Shown here in pieces: positions 19,915 through 28,137 of a stretch of DNA of 64,000 nucleotides. Position numbers and translations under genes: made by a program. Position 1 is the first letter of the stretch. Each line of letters begins with the position of its first letter. Source of the stretch: Pseudomonadota bacterium (GTDB lineage Bacteria; Pseudomonadota; Alphaproteobacteria; Micavibrionales; UBA1664); assembly GCA_009926935.1 (NCBI GenBank), contig RFNZ01000003.1:16238-80237 (forward strand). Direction: 5' to 3'. A model generated the notes under the pieces. That model did not search any database, was not told where the DNA came from, and saw nothing but the letters and a program-made list of their open reading frames with translations.

Positions 19915-20745
19915 ATGTCCATTTCTATCGATAACGCGTTCGTCAAACAATTCGAACGCGAAGTATTCGAGGCCTATCAACGCATGGGCTCGAAACTACG
20001 CCCGACAGTACGCAGCAAAAGCAACGTCAAGGGTTCCAGTGCCGTGTTCCAAAAAGTAGGTACCGGTACGGCCTCTACCAAATCAACACACGGTATGGTG
20101 CCTGTGATGAATATCAACCATACATCGGTTGAAGCCACGCTTCAGGATTATTACGCCGGTGACTGGGTAGACAAGCTTGATGAGCTGAAAGTCAACCATG
20201 ATGAGCGCCAGGTCATTGCAAATGCTGGTGCTTATGCCCTTGGTCGTAAGACTGACGAGCTTATCATCAACTCTCTTAATGCTTCGACCAATACGGTCAC
20301 CGATACGGCGCAAGGCCTGACCATCGATAAAATTCTTGAAGCATTCGAGAAGCTGGGCGCACAGGAGATCCCTGATGACGGCCAACGCACGGCGATTGTT
20401 GGCTGGAAGCAGTGGTCACAGCTTTTGGCTCTTAAGGAATTTGCGAATGCCGATTACGTGGGTTCAGAAGATCTGCCGTTTTCAGGCACGCAGGCCGTAA
20501 GATGGCTTGGCACGCTCTGGATGCCGCATGGCGGTCTTCCTATCAACAACACTACCGGTGTGCGTCGCTGCTTCTGGTACCACAAGACGGCTATAGGACA
20601 CGCTTCAGGCGCTGATGTCGAGACTGACATCACGTGGCATGGCGACCGTGCAGCCTATTTTGTCAACAGCATGATGAGCCAAGGCACTGCCCTTATTGAA
20701 GGTCAGGGTGTTGTTGTCATGACCTGTGATGAAACACCGGCATAA
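19915..20745 (+). CDS. Major capsid protein (podovirus-type, 276 aa)
   Basis: FVKQFE..V..AYQRMGSKLR, WVDKLDELK and A.ALGRKTDELII motifs; AAGGA RBS; position after scaffold. Confidence 0.88.
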   Translation: MSISIDNAFVKQFEREVFEAYQRMGSKLRPTVRSKSNVKGSSAVFQKVGTGTASTKSTHGMVPVMNINHTSVEATLQDYYAGDWVDKLDELKVNHDERQVIANAGAYALGRKTDELIINSLNASTNTVTDTAQGLTIDKILEAFEKLGAQEIPDDGQRTAIVGWKQWSQLLALKEFANADYVGSEDLPFSGTQAVRWLGTLWMPHGGLPINNTTGVRRCFWYHKTAIGHASGADVETDITWHGDRAAYFVNSMMSQGTALIEGQGVVVMTCDETPA

Positions 20746-20769
20746 CGAACGCAAAGAAGGAGAAAAACA

Positions 20770-21012
20770 ATGCCTTATAATTCAAACAATCTGAGCGTTC
20801 TCGCTTATGCCAACAACTTCACGCTGTGGCACTACACCACGACGGATTCATCTGTCACTGGTGCGGGGTACTTCAACAGTGCTTCCGACATGCTGCGCGT
20901 GAATGATCTCATTATTGCGAATATCGCAACGGGAGGCAGCCCTTCTACGATCTTCTATATCGTGACAGGTAATACGAACGGCGTCGTTACAGTAGCCACG
21001 TTTACTGCCTAA
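20770..21012 (+). CDS. Small beta-rich virion protein (possible head decoration protein)
   Basis: Strong AAGGAG RBS; WHYTT.D..V...GYFN.A..ML...DLI; co-transcribed with capsid before a terminator. Confidence 0.7.
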   Translation: MPYNSNNLSVLAYANNFTLWHYTTTDSSVTGAGYFNSASDMLRVNDLIIANIATGGSPSTIFYIVTGNTNGVVTVATFTA

Positions 21013-21072
21013 ACCTGATGATCTGCCTGCTTTTGCCCCTTTAGCGGCGGATTGTCGAGACTGTTGTGATGG

Positions 21073-21104
21073 AGGCGGACCGGTGCACTCGGTCCGCCTT
21101 TTTT
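21073..21104 (+). terminator. Intrinsic terminator after capsid genes (T7 T-phi-like position)
   Basis: AGGCGGACCG-GTGCACT-CGGTCCGCCT followed by T tract. Confidence 0.88.
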
Positions 21105-21130
21105 AATTCATTTAACCATGGAGTGATTAC

Positions 21131-21700
21131 ATGCCCCTAAACGATGTTGCTCTTGCCAGCCGTGCTCTTATTCGGATTGGCTGTAAACCTATTTCATCCT
21201 TTGCAGATGGTACGGCGGAATCCGAAATTGCCGGAGCTCTTTATGCGCCATCACGGGATGCGCTGCTTTCCGCTTATGGTTGGTCCTTTGCAACGGGGCA
21301 GGTAGCACTTACGCGCCTGACCGAAGTGCCGATGGCGGATTACCAGTACGCCTATGGCCTTCCCAATGATTTTTTGCGCGCTCTATCTGCCGGCAATGGC
21401 GGACGTGGCCGCGGCCTTGATTACCGTATTTCGCGCAACGTGCTGCATACAGATGCTGAAGAAGTTCTGCTGACTTACATTTTTCTGCCGGATGAATCCG
21501 AATTTCCGCCGTTTTTTGCTACCACTCTCATCGCGCGTCTGGCTGCAGAATTCACGATCCCTCTCACCGAAAGCACTTCACGGGCTGAAGTACTTTACAA
21601 GCTGTCTGAAGATGAGTTCAGAAAAGCTAAACAGATCGACGCCCAGCAGGATGCGCCTTCGCGGATCGAAAACTTCCCTCTTGTCGATGTGCGAGGATAG
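21131..21700 (+). CDS. Tail tubular protein A / adaptor (T7 gp11-like)
   Basis: RALIRIG..PISSF..RDALL..Y.WSFA..Y.LP.DFLR; 189 aa; position after capsid. Confidence 0.82.
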   Translation: MPLNDVALASRALIRIGCKPISSFADGTAESEIAGALYAPSRDALLSAYGWSFATGQVALTRLTEVPMADYQYAYGLPNDFLRALSAGNGGRGRGLDYRISRNVLHTDAEEVLLTYIFLPDESEFPPFFATTLIARLAAEFTIPLTESTSRAEVLYKLSEDEFRKAKQIDAQQDAPSRIENFPLVDVRG

Positions 21701-21703
21701 GTC

Positions 21704-23602
21704 ATGCCGATTGTCCAAAACATCAAAACGAATTTTACGGCGGGCGAGGTTTCGCGTCGGCTTTTGGGGCGTGGTGATTTGCGAGCCTATGAAAATGGCG
21801 CCCTTACGCTGCGCAACCTTTTTATCCATCCGACTGGCGGTGTTTCACGCCGATCAGGCATGCGTTTTATTGATACTGTGCCTGGCGGCGGGCGCCTTAT
21901 CGATTTTGAATTCAATACCGAGCAAACATACTTATTGGTTCTTACAACTGGTGCCTTGCGTATTTATCAGGATGACACGCTGGTCACTACACTTAGCGCT
22001 CCGTGGAACGTATCTCAAATTTCGTCACTTAATTGGACGCAAAGCGCGGATACGCTTCTGATTGTTCACCCAGATGTGCCGCCAAAAAAACTAACTAGAT
22101 CGGGCGCTGGAGTTTGGGCATTGACTGACTGGGTTTTTGATACGGCTACCAGCGTCAATAAAATTTACCAACCCATGTTCAAGTTTGCTGATGGTGCCAT
22201 TACCGTTACGCCAAGTGGTACAACCGGTAGTGTTACATTGACGGCATCCAGCAGTGTTTTTCTTGCGGGGCACGCTAACACGCGTCTTCGTGTTGGAGGC
22301 AAAGAAGTTTTGATTACATCAGTCGCATCCGGCACGGTTGTGCAGGTTACTGTAATTGAAACACTTGCCGGTACAACTGCTACAAAAGACTGGGAGGAGC
22401 AGTCATTCAGTGCCGTGCGCGGGTATCCTACATCTTGCGCGTTTCATCAGGACAGGCTTGTCATAGGCGGTAGCCGAGACTTGCCGAACAGGCTCTGGAT
22501 GTCGAAATCAGGCGAGCTCTGGAACTTTGATCTGGGCGAAGGGCTTGATGATGAATCCATTGAGTTTGCAATCTTATCCGATCAGGTGAATGCGATACGA
22601 AATGTTTTCTCAGGAAGGCATTTACAGGTTTTTACGTCGGGTGCCGAATGGCAAGTGACTGGCGACCCATTGACGCCGACAACCGTGCAATTAAACAGGC
22701 AAACGCGAGTCGGTAGTGTAGTTGACAGGTCAGTGCCGCCCGTTGATGTTGATGGCGCAACAATTTTTGTGGCACGCAATGGGCAAGAGCTGCGCGAATT
22801 TATATATACGGATGTAGAAGCCGCGTATCGTTCCAATGATCTTGCGCTTCTGGCGCAGCATATCATCCGTGACCCGATTGATCAGGCATTCGATAAGAAA
22901 AATAGGTTATTGCATCTGGTTCTTGCCGATGGCGGTATTGCTACATTAACGGCTTACCGGGCGGAGCAGGTAGCCGCTTGGACGTTACAGGAAACGGATG
23001 GCAAGGCCCTTTCTGTCGCGGCCGTAGGGGAGGTTATCTACCTACTGATCGAGCGTGGCGGCGTTTATACGGTTGAAGCTTTTGACGAAGCACTTTCCAT
23101 GGATTCGGCTCTTGCGGGCTCAAGCACAACCCCCAGTCTGACATGGTCCGGCCTCGGGCATTTGAACGGCAAAACGGTAACAATTTTGGCCGACGGTGTT
23201 CTGCGACCTAGTGCGGTTGTAAGTGGCGGCATCGTAACCCTTGCAACGCCGGCTACGAGCGTGCAAATCGGCCTTCCGTATACCCATGTGGTTGAGCCAC
23301 TACCGCCTAATGCCCTTTCAAACGGCGGCATTGTAAGGACGGCACGTTTGGTTGAAGCCGTTTTCCGAATTGAGAGCACTGCGGCATTACGTGTTGATGT
23401 CGGCCGTGGTTTGCGCGATGTGCCGCTACGCGAAGTTGGCGGGAGCTTGGATACGCCACCGCCCGAGGTTTCAGGTGACATCCGTGTGCGTGCCTTCGGC
23501 TGGCAACAAGATGGTACAAAGTCACTTTGGCGCATCGAGCAATCGGTGCCGCTGCCATTCACACTTCTTTCGGTAGCAACAAACATCAAAGCCAGTGAGT
23601 AG
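21704..23602 (+). CDS. Tail tubular protein B / nozzle (T7 gp12-like)
   Basis: NFTAGEVS..GGVSRR.G, TQSADTL..VHP, GYP..FHQDRL and LGHLNG.TV..LADG motifs. Confidence 0.85.
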   Translation: MPIVQNIKTNFTAGEVSRRLLGRGDLRAYENGALTLRNLFIHPTGGVSRRSGMRFIDTVPGGGRLIDFEFNTEQTYLLVLTTGALRIYQDDTLVTTLSAPWNVSQISSLNWTQSADTLLIVHPDVPPKKLTRSGAGVWALTDWVFDTATSVNKIYQPMFKFADGAITVTPSGTTGSVTLTASSSVFLAGHANTRLRVGGKEVLITSVASGTVVQVTVIETLAGTTATKDWEEQSFSAVRGYPTSCAFHQDRLVIGGSRDLPNRLWMSKSGELWNFDLGEGLDDESIEFAILSDQVNAIRNVFSGRHLQVFTSGAEWQVTGDPLTPTTVQLNRQTRVGSVVDRSVPPVDVDGATIFVARNGQELREFIYTDVEAAYRSNDLALLAQHIIRDPIDQAFDKKNRLLHLVLADGGIATLTAYRAEQVAAWTLQETDGKALSVAAVGEVIYLLIERGGVYTVEAFDEALSMDSALAGSSTTPSLTWSGLGHLNGKTVTILADGVLRPSAVVSGGIVTLATPATSVQIGLPYTHVVEPLPPNALSNGGIVRTARLVEAVFRIESTAALRVDVGRGLRDVPLREVGGSLDTPPPEVSGDIRVRAFGWQQDGTKSLWRIEQSVPLPFTLLSVATNIKASE

Positions 23603-23611
23603 GAGAAATAT

Positions 23612-24133
23612 ATGGGAACATTAGCAGGCATTGCCTCGGCGCTCTCGCCGATTTTGACAGGGGCAGGCATACCCGGTGCCGTTGTCGGGTTTGGAACACA
23701 ATATCTTAATCAACGTATTGCTAGGGATGATCTGCGCCGTCAGCAAGATCAGGCTCTTGTTCAATTGCAGAGCAAGCAAAGACTGGATGAAGAGCAGTCG
23801 GCCCAAAATGCAACTTTAGAAAAACAAAAAATTGCAAATGAAACAGCTGCCAATGAACTAAGACGAAGACAGGCACTAAAACGTGCTGTTGCACGGCAAA
23901 AGACCCTTTTTTCTGCGCAGGGACTGGGTGGCGAAGACGCAGGATCAAACGAAGCGGTTTTGCTTGGGCTTGTGAATTCGAGTGAGGAGGAAAGCGCCGA
24001 GACCGAAAGGCTCGCAAACCTACGACGCCAGACTCTTGATCAGTCTCTTTCACAGCAGAAGCAGAAAAATCTTTTGGAATCAACACAGCTAGCACAGCGC
24101 CAAAGCCTTGCTAGGTATATCCTGGAATCTTAA
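23612..24133 (+). CDS. Internal virion protein (gp14-like)
   Basis: Gly/Ala-rich hydrophobic N-terminus followed by Gln/Arg-rich coiled coil; follows tail tube B. Confidence 0.6.
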   Translation: MGTLAGIASALSPILTGAGIPGAVVGFGTQYLNQRIARDDLRRQQDQALVQLQSKQRLDEEQSAQNATLEKQKIANETAANELRRRQALKRAVARQKTLFSAQGLGGEDAGSNEAVLLGLVNSSEEESAETERLANLRRQTLDQSLSQQKQKNLLESTQLAQRQSLARYILES

Positions 24134-24162
24134 TTATGTTAAATCTATTTAACCATAATAAC

Positions 24163-24191
24163 TTGACACTAGGTCTATAAATACCTACAAG
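24163..24191 (+). promoter_or_regulatory. Sigma70-like promoter of RTX gene with TAGGT-N8-ACCTA palindrome
   Basis: TTGACA(24163)-17 nt-TACAAG; palindrome at 24170-24187. Confidence 0.55.
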
Positions 24192-24225
24192 TGCGGTGAC
24201 CGATTAATATTTTCAGGAGTTTGCG

Positions 24226-25701
24226 ATGTCGATTTACACCAATATTGCTGCCAATTCTTCAACTGTTTCCTTCATGCGCAATGATGGCGATAGCTATACC
24301 ACGTTCAATTACAACGTGGCCACCGGCAACGTGACATTGGGCCTTTATGGCGGGCTGAACGGCATTGGGCTTCCTGCCAATATGCACCGTACGATGACCT
24401 ATAATATTGCGACGGATACGGTTACCGCGATGACCCTTGTCACGGGTTACGGCTACCGTTACCCGATTACAACGACGCTTGGCGGCAGCGACGATGTTGT
24501 TCAGGGCATCTCCAAAAATGATCTGATTTATGCAGGTGGCGGGAATGACACCGTCAACACCAGCACGGGCAATGACATCGTTTACGGCCAGGAAGGCAAC
24601 GACATTATCAATGGTAGCAGTGCGCTGACCTCGCTTAATGGCGATCGCAATATGTTCTTTGGCGGCAACGGCAACGATACACTCGATGGCAAGACAGGCA
24701 ATGACTGGATGTTTGGCGGTAGCGGCCTCAATCTTTACAAAGATATGTCGGGCCATAACGTTGTGATTGGCGGTATCGATGCCGATACGATCAGAACCGG
24801 TACGGGCAACGACATTATCCTTGATGCGTTTGGCAACAATTCAGTGACATCCGGCGATGGTGACGATTTCGTTGTCATGGGCGCGGGTGTTGATGACATC
24901 AAGGTCGATGCAGGCAACGATACCGTTTATGCTGGCGGCGGCGATGATATCATCCGCGGGTTTGACGGTAATGACCTTCTCAACGGCCAAGAAGGCAACG
25001 ACGATATCTACGGCGGTAACGGCAACGATACCCTGTTTGGTGCAAACGGAAATGACTCGCTGAAAGGCGATGCCGGAAACGATGAGCTGTACGGCGGCGA
25101 AGGCGACGATTTCCTTTGGGGCTTTGGCGATAACGATATTCTGTACGCTGAAGGCGGTAACGATAACCTCGATGGTGGTGATGGCAATGACCTCCTGCGT
25201 GGCGGTGATGGCGCTGACTTCCTTCAGGGCGGGCGCGGCGATGATGCGCTTTACGGTGAAGCAGGTAACGATACGCTGCGTGGCGGTCTTGGTAACGATA
25301 CGCTTTATGCAGGGTTCGATACCGATATCATGAACGGCGATGCCGGTGATGATGTGCTGGTATCCAGCGGATTTGGCAAGGCCATCATGACGGGCGGTCT
25401 TGGCGCGGATACGTTCAAGTTCTTGGGCGTTGGCGAAGATTTTGCCGTAGTTAAAGATTTTAGAGGTAATGACAGCCTTGATATCTCTAACCTGCTGCAA
25501 GGGTTTGACCCGCTTCAGGATTCGATTGCAGACTTTGTCCGCATCAAAGATCGTGGCGGCAACAACTTCGACTTCAAAGTCAACTTTGACGGCCAAGGCG
25601 AGGACTTTGTGACTGTAGCCCGCGTGACCGGTGATTTGGGTGGACTTGCCCCAAGCACCTTGATGGCGCAAGGCCGTCTCATTGTTGATGATGGCGTATA
25701 A
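24226..25701 (+). CDS. RTX (hemolysin-type calcium-binding) repeat protein with type I secretion C-terminal domain
   Basis: Many GGxGxDxL nonapeptides; C-terminal GADTF..DF..D.LDISNLL.GFDPL.D.I.DFV; AGGAG RBS. Confidence 0.93.
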   Translation: MSIYTNIAANSSTVSFMRNDGDSYTTFNYNVATGNVTLGLYGGLNGIGLPANMHRTMTYNIATDTVTAMTLVTGYGYRYPITTTLGGSDDVVQGISKNDLIYAGGGNDTVNTSTGNDIVYGQEGNDIINGSSALTSLNGDRNMFFGGNGNDTLDGKTGNDWMFGGSGLNLYKDMSGHNVVIGGIDADTIRTGTGNDIILDAFGNNSVTSGDGDDFVVMGAGVDDIKVDAGNDTVYAGGGDDIIRGFDGNDLLNGQEGNDDIYGGNGNDTLFGANGNDSLKGDAGNDELYGGEGDDFLWGFGDNDILYAEGGNDNLDGGDGNDLLRGGDGADFLQGGRGDDALYGEAGNDTLRGGLGNDTLYAGFDTDIMNGDAGDDVLVSSGFGKAIMTGGLGADTFKFLGVGEDFAVVKDFRGNDSLDISNLLQGFDPLQDSIADFVRIKDRGGNNFDFKVNFDGQGEDFVTVARVTGDLGGLAPSTLMAQGRLIVDDGV

Positions 25702-25728
25702 AAAATAAAAAAATAGAAACACTTTTTT

Positions 25729-25753
25729 AAAGGGCCCTTTGGGGCCCTTTTTT
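25729..25753 (+). terminator. Intrinsic terminator after RTX gene
   Basis: AAAGGGCCC-TTTG-GGGCCCTTT-TTT. Confidence 0.8.
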
Positions 25754-25770
25754 ATTACTCAGGAGAAACC

Positions 25771-27807
25771 ATGTCCGATACACATATCAAAATACCCGAT
25801 GTTGTGCCGCTGGTGCGGTACACAGCCAACGGAACACAAACTGTTTTTGCGTATCCATTCCCCATCTTTGCATCCGAGGATATCGCTGTTTATTTTAACG
25901 GGGCGGAACAAGTATCCGACTTTACGGTATCAGGTGCGGGGCAGACGCTTGGCGGCAATGTTACGTTTACGGTCGCGCCTGCATCCGGTGTTGTGGTTGC
26001 GATTGAGCGGCGTGTACCGCTTGAACGCATGACGGATTTTTTGGAGGGTGGTGCGCTATCAGCAGTATCGCTTAATAACGAGCTTGATTACCTTACCGCT
26101 AGCGTGCAGCAACTCCAGCGTGATCAGGCGGATATGCTGCGCTTTGACGGGCTTGAAACGCCATCGCCGGTTGTGTTGCCTGTGCGGGATACCCGTAAAA
26201 ACCGTGCGCTTGGGTTTGATGCCAATGGTGACCTTACAACCTACCAGACCGGTAGTACGCTGGCCGCACCCACATACGCGCAAAGCGGTACGGGCGCTGT
26301 TACGCGTAATGTGACGGATAAAGTCAAAGAACGTGTTTCGGTTAAAGATTTTGGCGCTGTGGGGGATGGGGTTGCCAATGACACAACCGCCTTCCAGAAT
26401 GCTTTGGCGGCGCATAGCTCGGTGTTTGTGCCAGTTGGTACGTACCGTGTCACGGGTACGATTGTTTTGGGCGCAAACCAATGCCTTATCGGTGCTGGTC
26501 AGGGCAGTGTGATTGCGGCATCTGCCAATACATTTAACGTGATTGAGATGCGGGCGGGATATGCCACGCTTGCGGATTTGAAAATCACGGGCGGGGCTGT
26601 TGGTGTCAAGCTCTACGGCGTTACCGCGCCGTGTGTGCAGAATATTCTGCGCGACTTGGTGCTGTCTGGCGGCAATACCGGTATCCAGTTTGATGGGTAT
26701 AACGATACCAACAAACCCTGTTACTGGAACATGGTGGACCGCGTGCTTGTGTTATCACCGGCAACACACGGTGTGCATTTTACCAAAAGTGGGGCCGGAG
26801 ATACGCCGAATGCAAACCGTATCCAGAATCTGCGAGTGTACTCGCAGGGCGTGAACATCACGGGTAGCGGCATTTATGTGGAGCACGGCAGTCACGCTAA
26901 TCTGTTTACTGATTGTGAAGTAAACGTAAGCGGTACTGCGGCTGCGTGTGTGCGGGTGGGCACGAACGCCAACAAAACGCATTTTGTGAATTTGTATACC
27001 GAAAGCACAAATACGGTCCCGAATATACGGCTTGATGCGGGATCGCTTGATACCGCGATTTATAACCTCCATGCACAAAGCAACGGATCAGCCATTTATG
27101 ATTTATCGGGCGGGCAGTACACGGCTGTCAATGCCGGATATCCTTACAAATTTACGATGGGGAAGATTACGGTTGCCGATGCAAACTTAACGCTGCTGCG
27201 GCATGACACGGTGTTTGTGGATGCGGCTGGGGTTGCGACGATTGATATCACAACAGCACGGACGGTGCATCTTGTGGCCGCGACCAATGGCCAGATAACG
27301 ATGCGTTTGCCTGCGGCGTCGGCCGCGACGGGGGCTGTTTATACCGTCAAAAAAGTTGATAGCACCGGCAACATGGTGATTGTGACCGTTACAAGCGGTA
27401 TGGCGCCTGATGGGCGGGATGTGTATTTGGGCGGGCCGAATGATTACGTGACCGTGATGTCTAATGGGGCTTCGTGGTATGTGCTGTCATCCAACCGGAT
27501 GGCGGGGAACACGCGGTATCATGACGGTGCGGGTACGTATGATGTTGATATGGCGGTTGATACGTATCTTATGTCGTCGTTTGGCGGTGTTAAAACCGTA
27601 CGTTTGCCGCCTGCCAATGCCGCGAATGCGATTGGCCGGATTGTGCATATCAAAAAAATCGATGTATCGAGCAACGCTGTCAATGTGACCGTGCAGGGCG
27701 GCGGGAATATCGACGGCTCGTCTACAGCCGCGCTTACAGCGCAGTATCAATCGATCAGTGCGGTTTCGAATGGGGCGCAGTGGTTCCTTATCAACCGTTA
27801 TCCATGA
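25771..27807 (+). CDS. Tail fibre/tailspike: T7 gp17-like N-terminal anchor, pectate-lyase-like beta-helix, duplicated C-terminal domain
   Basis: YTANGTQTVFAYPFPIF..DF..G..LNNELDYL anchor; VSVKDFGAVGDGVANDT.AFQNA beta-helix start. Confidence 0.88.
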   Translation: MSDTHIKIPDVVPLVRYTANGTQTVFAYPFPIFASEDIAVYFNGAEQVSDFTVSGAGQTLGGNVTFTVAPASGVVVAIERRVPLERMTDFLEGGALSAVSLNNELDYLTASVQQLQRDQADMLRFDGLETPSPVVLPVRDTRKNRALGFDANGDLTTYQTGSTLAAPTYAQSGTGAVTRNVTDKVKERVSVKDFGAVGDGVANDTTAFQNALAAHSSVFVPVGTYRVTGTIVLGANQCLIGAGQGSVIAASANTFNVIEMRAGYATLADLKITGGAVGVKLYGVTAPCVQNILRDLVLSGGNTGIQFDGYNDTNKPCYWNMVDRVLVLSPATHGVHFTKSGAGDTPNANRIQNLRVYSQGVNITGSGIYVEHGSHANLFTDCEVNVSGTAAACVRVGTNANKTHFVNLYTESTNTVPNIRLDAGSLDTAIYNLHAQSNGSAIYDLSGGQYTAVNAGYPYKFTMGKITVADANLTLLRHDTVFVDAAGVATIDITTARTVHLVAATNGQITMRLPAASAATGAVYTVKKVDSTGNMVIVTVTSGMAPDGRDVYLGGPNDYVTVMSNGASWYVLSSNRMAGNTRYHDGAGTYDVDMAVDTYLMSSFGGVKTVRLPPANAANAIGRIVHIKKIDVSSNAVNVTVQGGGNIDGSSTAALTAQYQSISAVSNGAQWFLINRYP

Positions 27808-27819
27808 AATGGATTTTAG

Positions 27820-28137
27820 ATGCGAAAGAAAAAACAGGATGGAAATCTTGGCCCCGACATGCGCGCAAAAATTGCCGCAAGCCTTCCGGACGCCATTGAT
27901 TTTGCGATGCAGTCCTACCGAAAATTTTATGAACGGGAGAAGTATGAAGATGCCAAAGATTTTTCTGCCCACCATTCCGCCTGCAAAACGGCGATTGCCC
28001 ATATCGAGTTACTGTTGAAGCTCGCCGCGTGGGCAAAGTTGCCTGATGACGATACGGACCACGGCCTTGCGGCACTGCTGAGTGATGCCGAAGCGGAACT
28101 GAAACGCTACAACGCCGAAGAGGATGACGATGAATGA
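27820..28137 (+). CDS. Small helical protein, candidate terminase small subunit
   Basis: 105 aa with acidic tail; ATGA-coupled to TerL; positional inference only. Confidence 0.55.
   Translation: MRKKKQDGNLGPDMRAKIAASLPDAIDFAMQSYRKFYEREKYEDAKDFSAHHSACKTAIAHIELLLKLAAWAKLPDDDTDHGLAALLSDAEAELKRYNAEEDDDE

Noticed and set aside
20700-20770. T7 gp10A/10B-type frameshift extending the capsid
   Set aside because: No evident slippery sequence at the capsid 3' end; the next gene has its own RBS
21103-21119. Full CtrA box upstream of tail tube A
   Set aside because: Spacing is TTAA-N5-TTAA; only a TTAACCAT half-site in an AT-rich spacer, too weak to call
24480-25420. 27-bp periodic DNA repeats as a CRISPR-like array
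   Set aside because: They are coding RTX nonapeptide repeats with no spacers or cas genes
24841-25722. 293-aa antisense ORF
   Set aside because: Shadow of the repetitive RTX codons on the opposite strand
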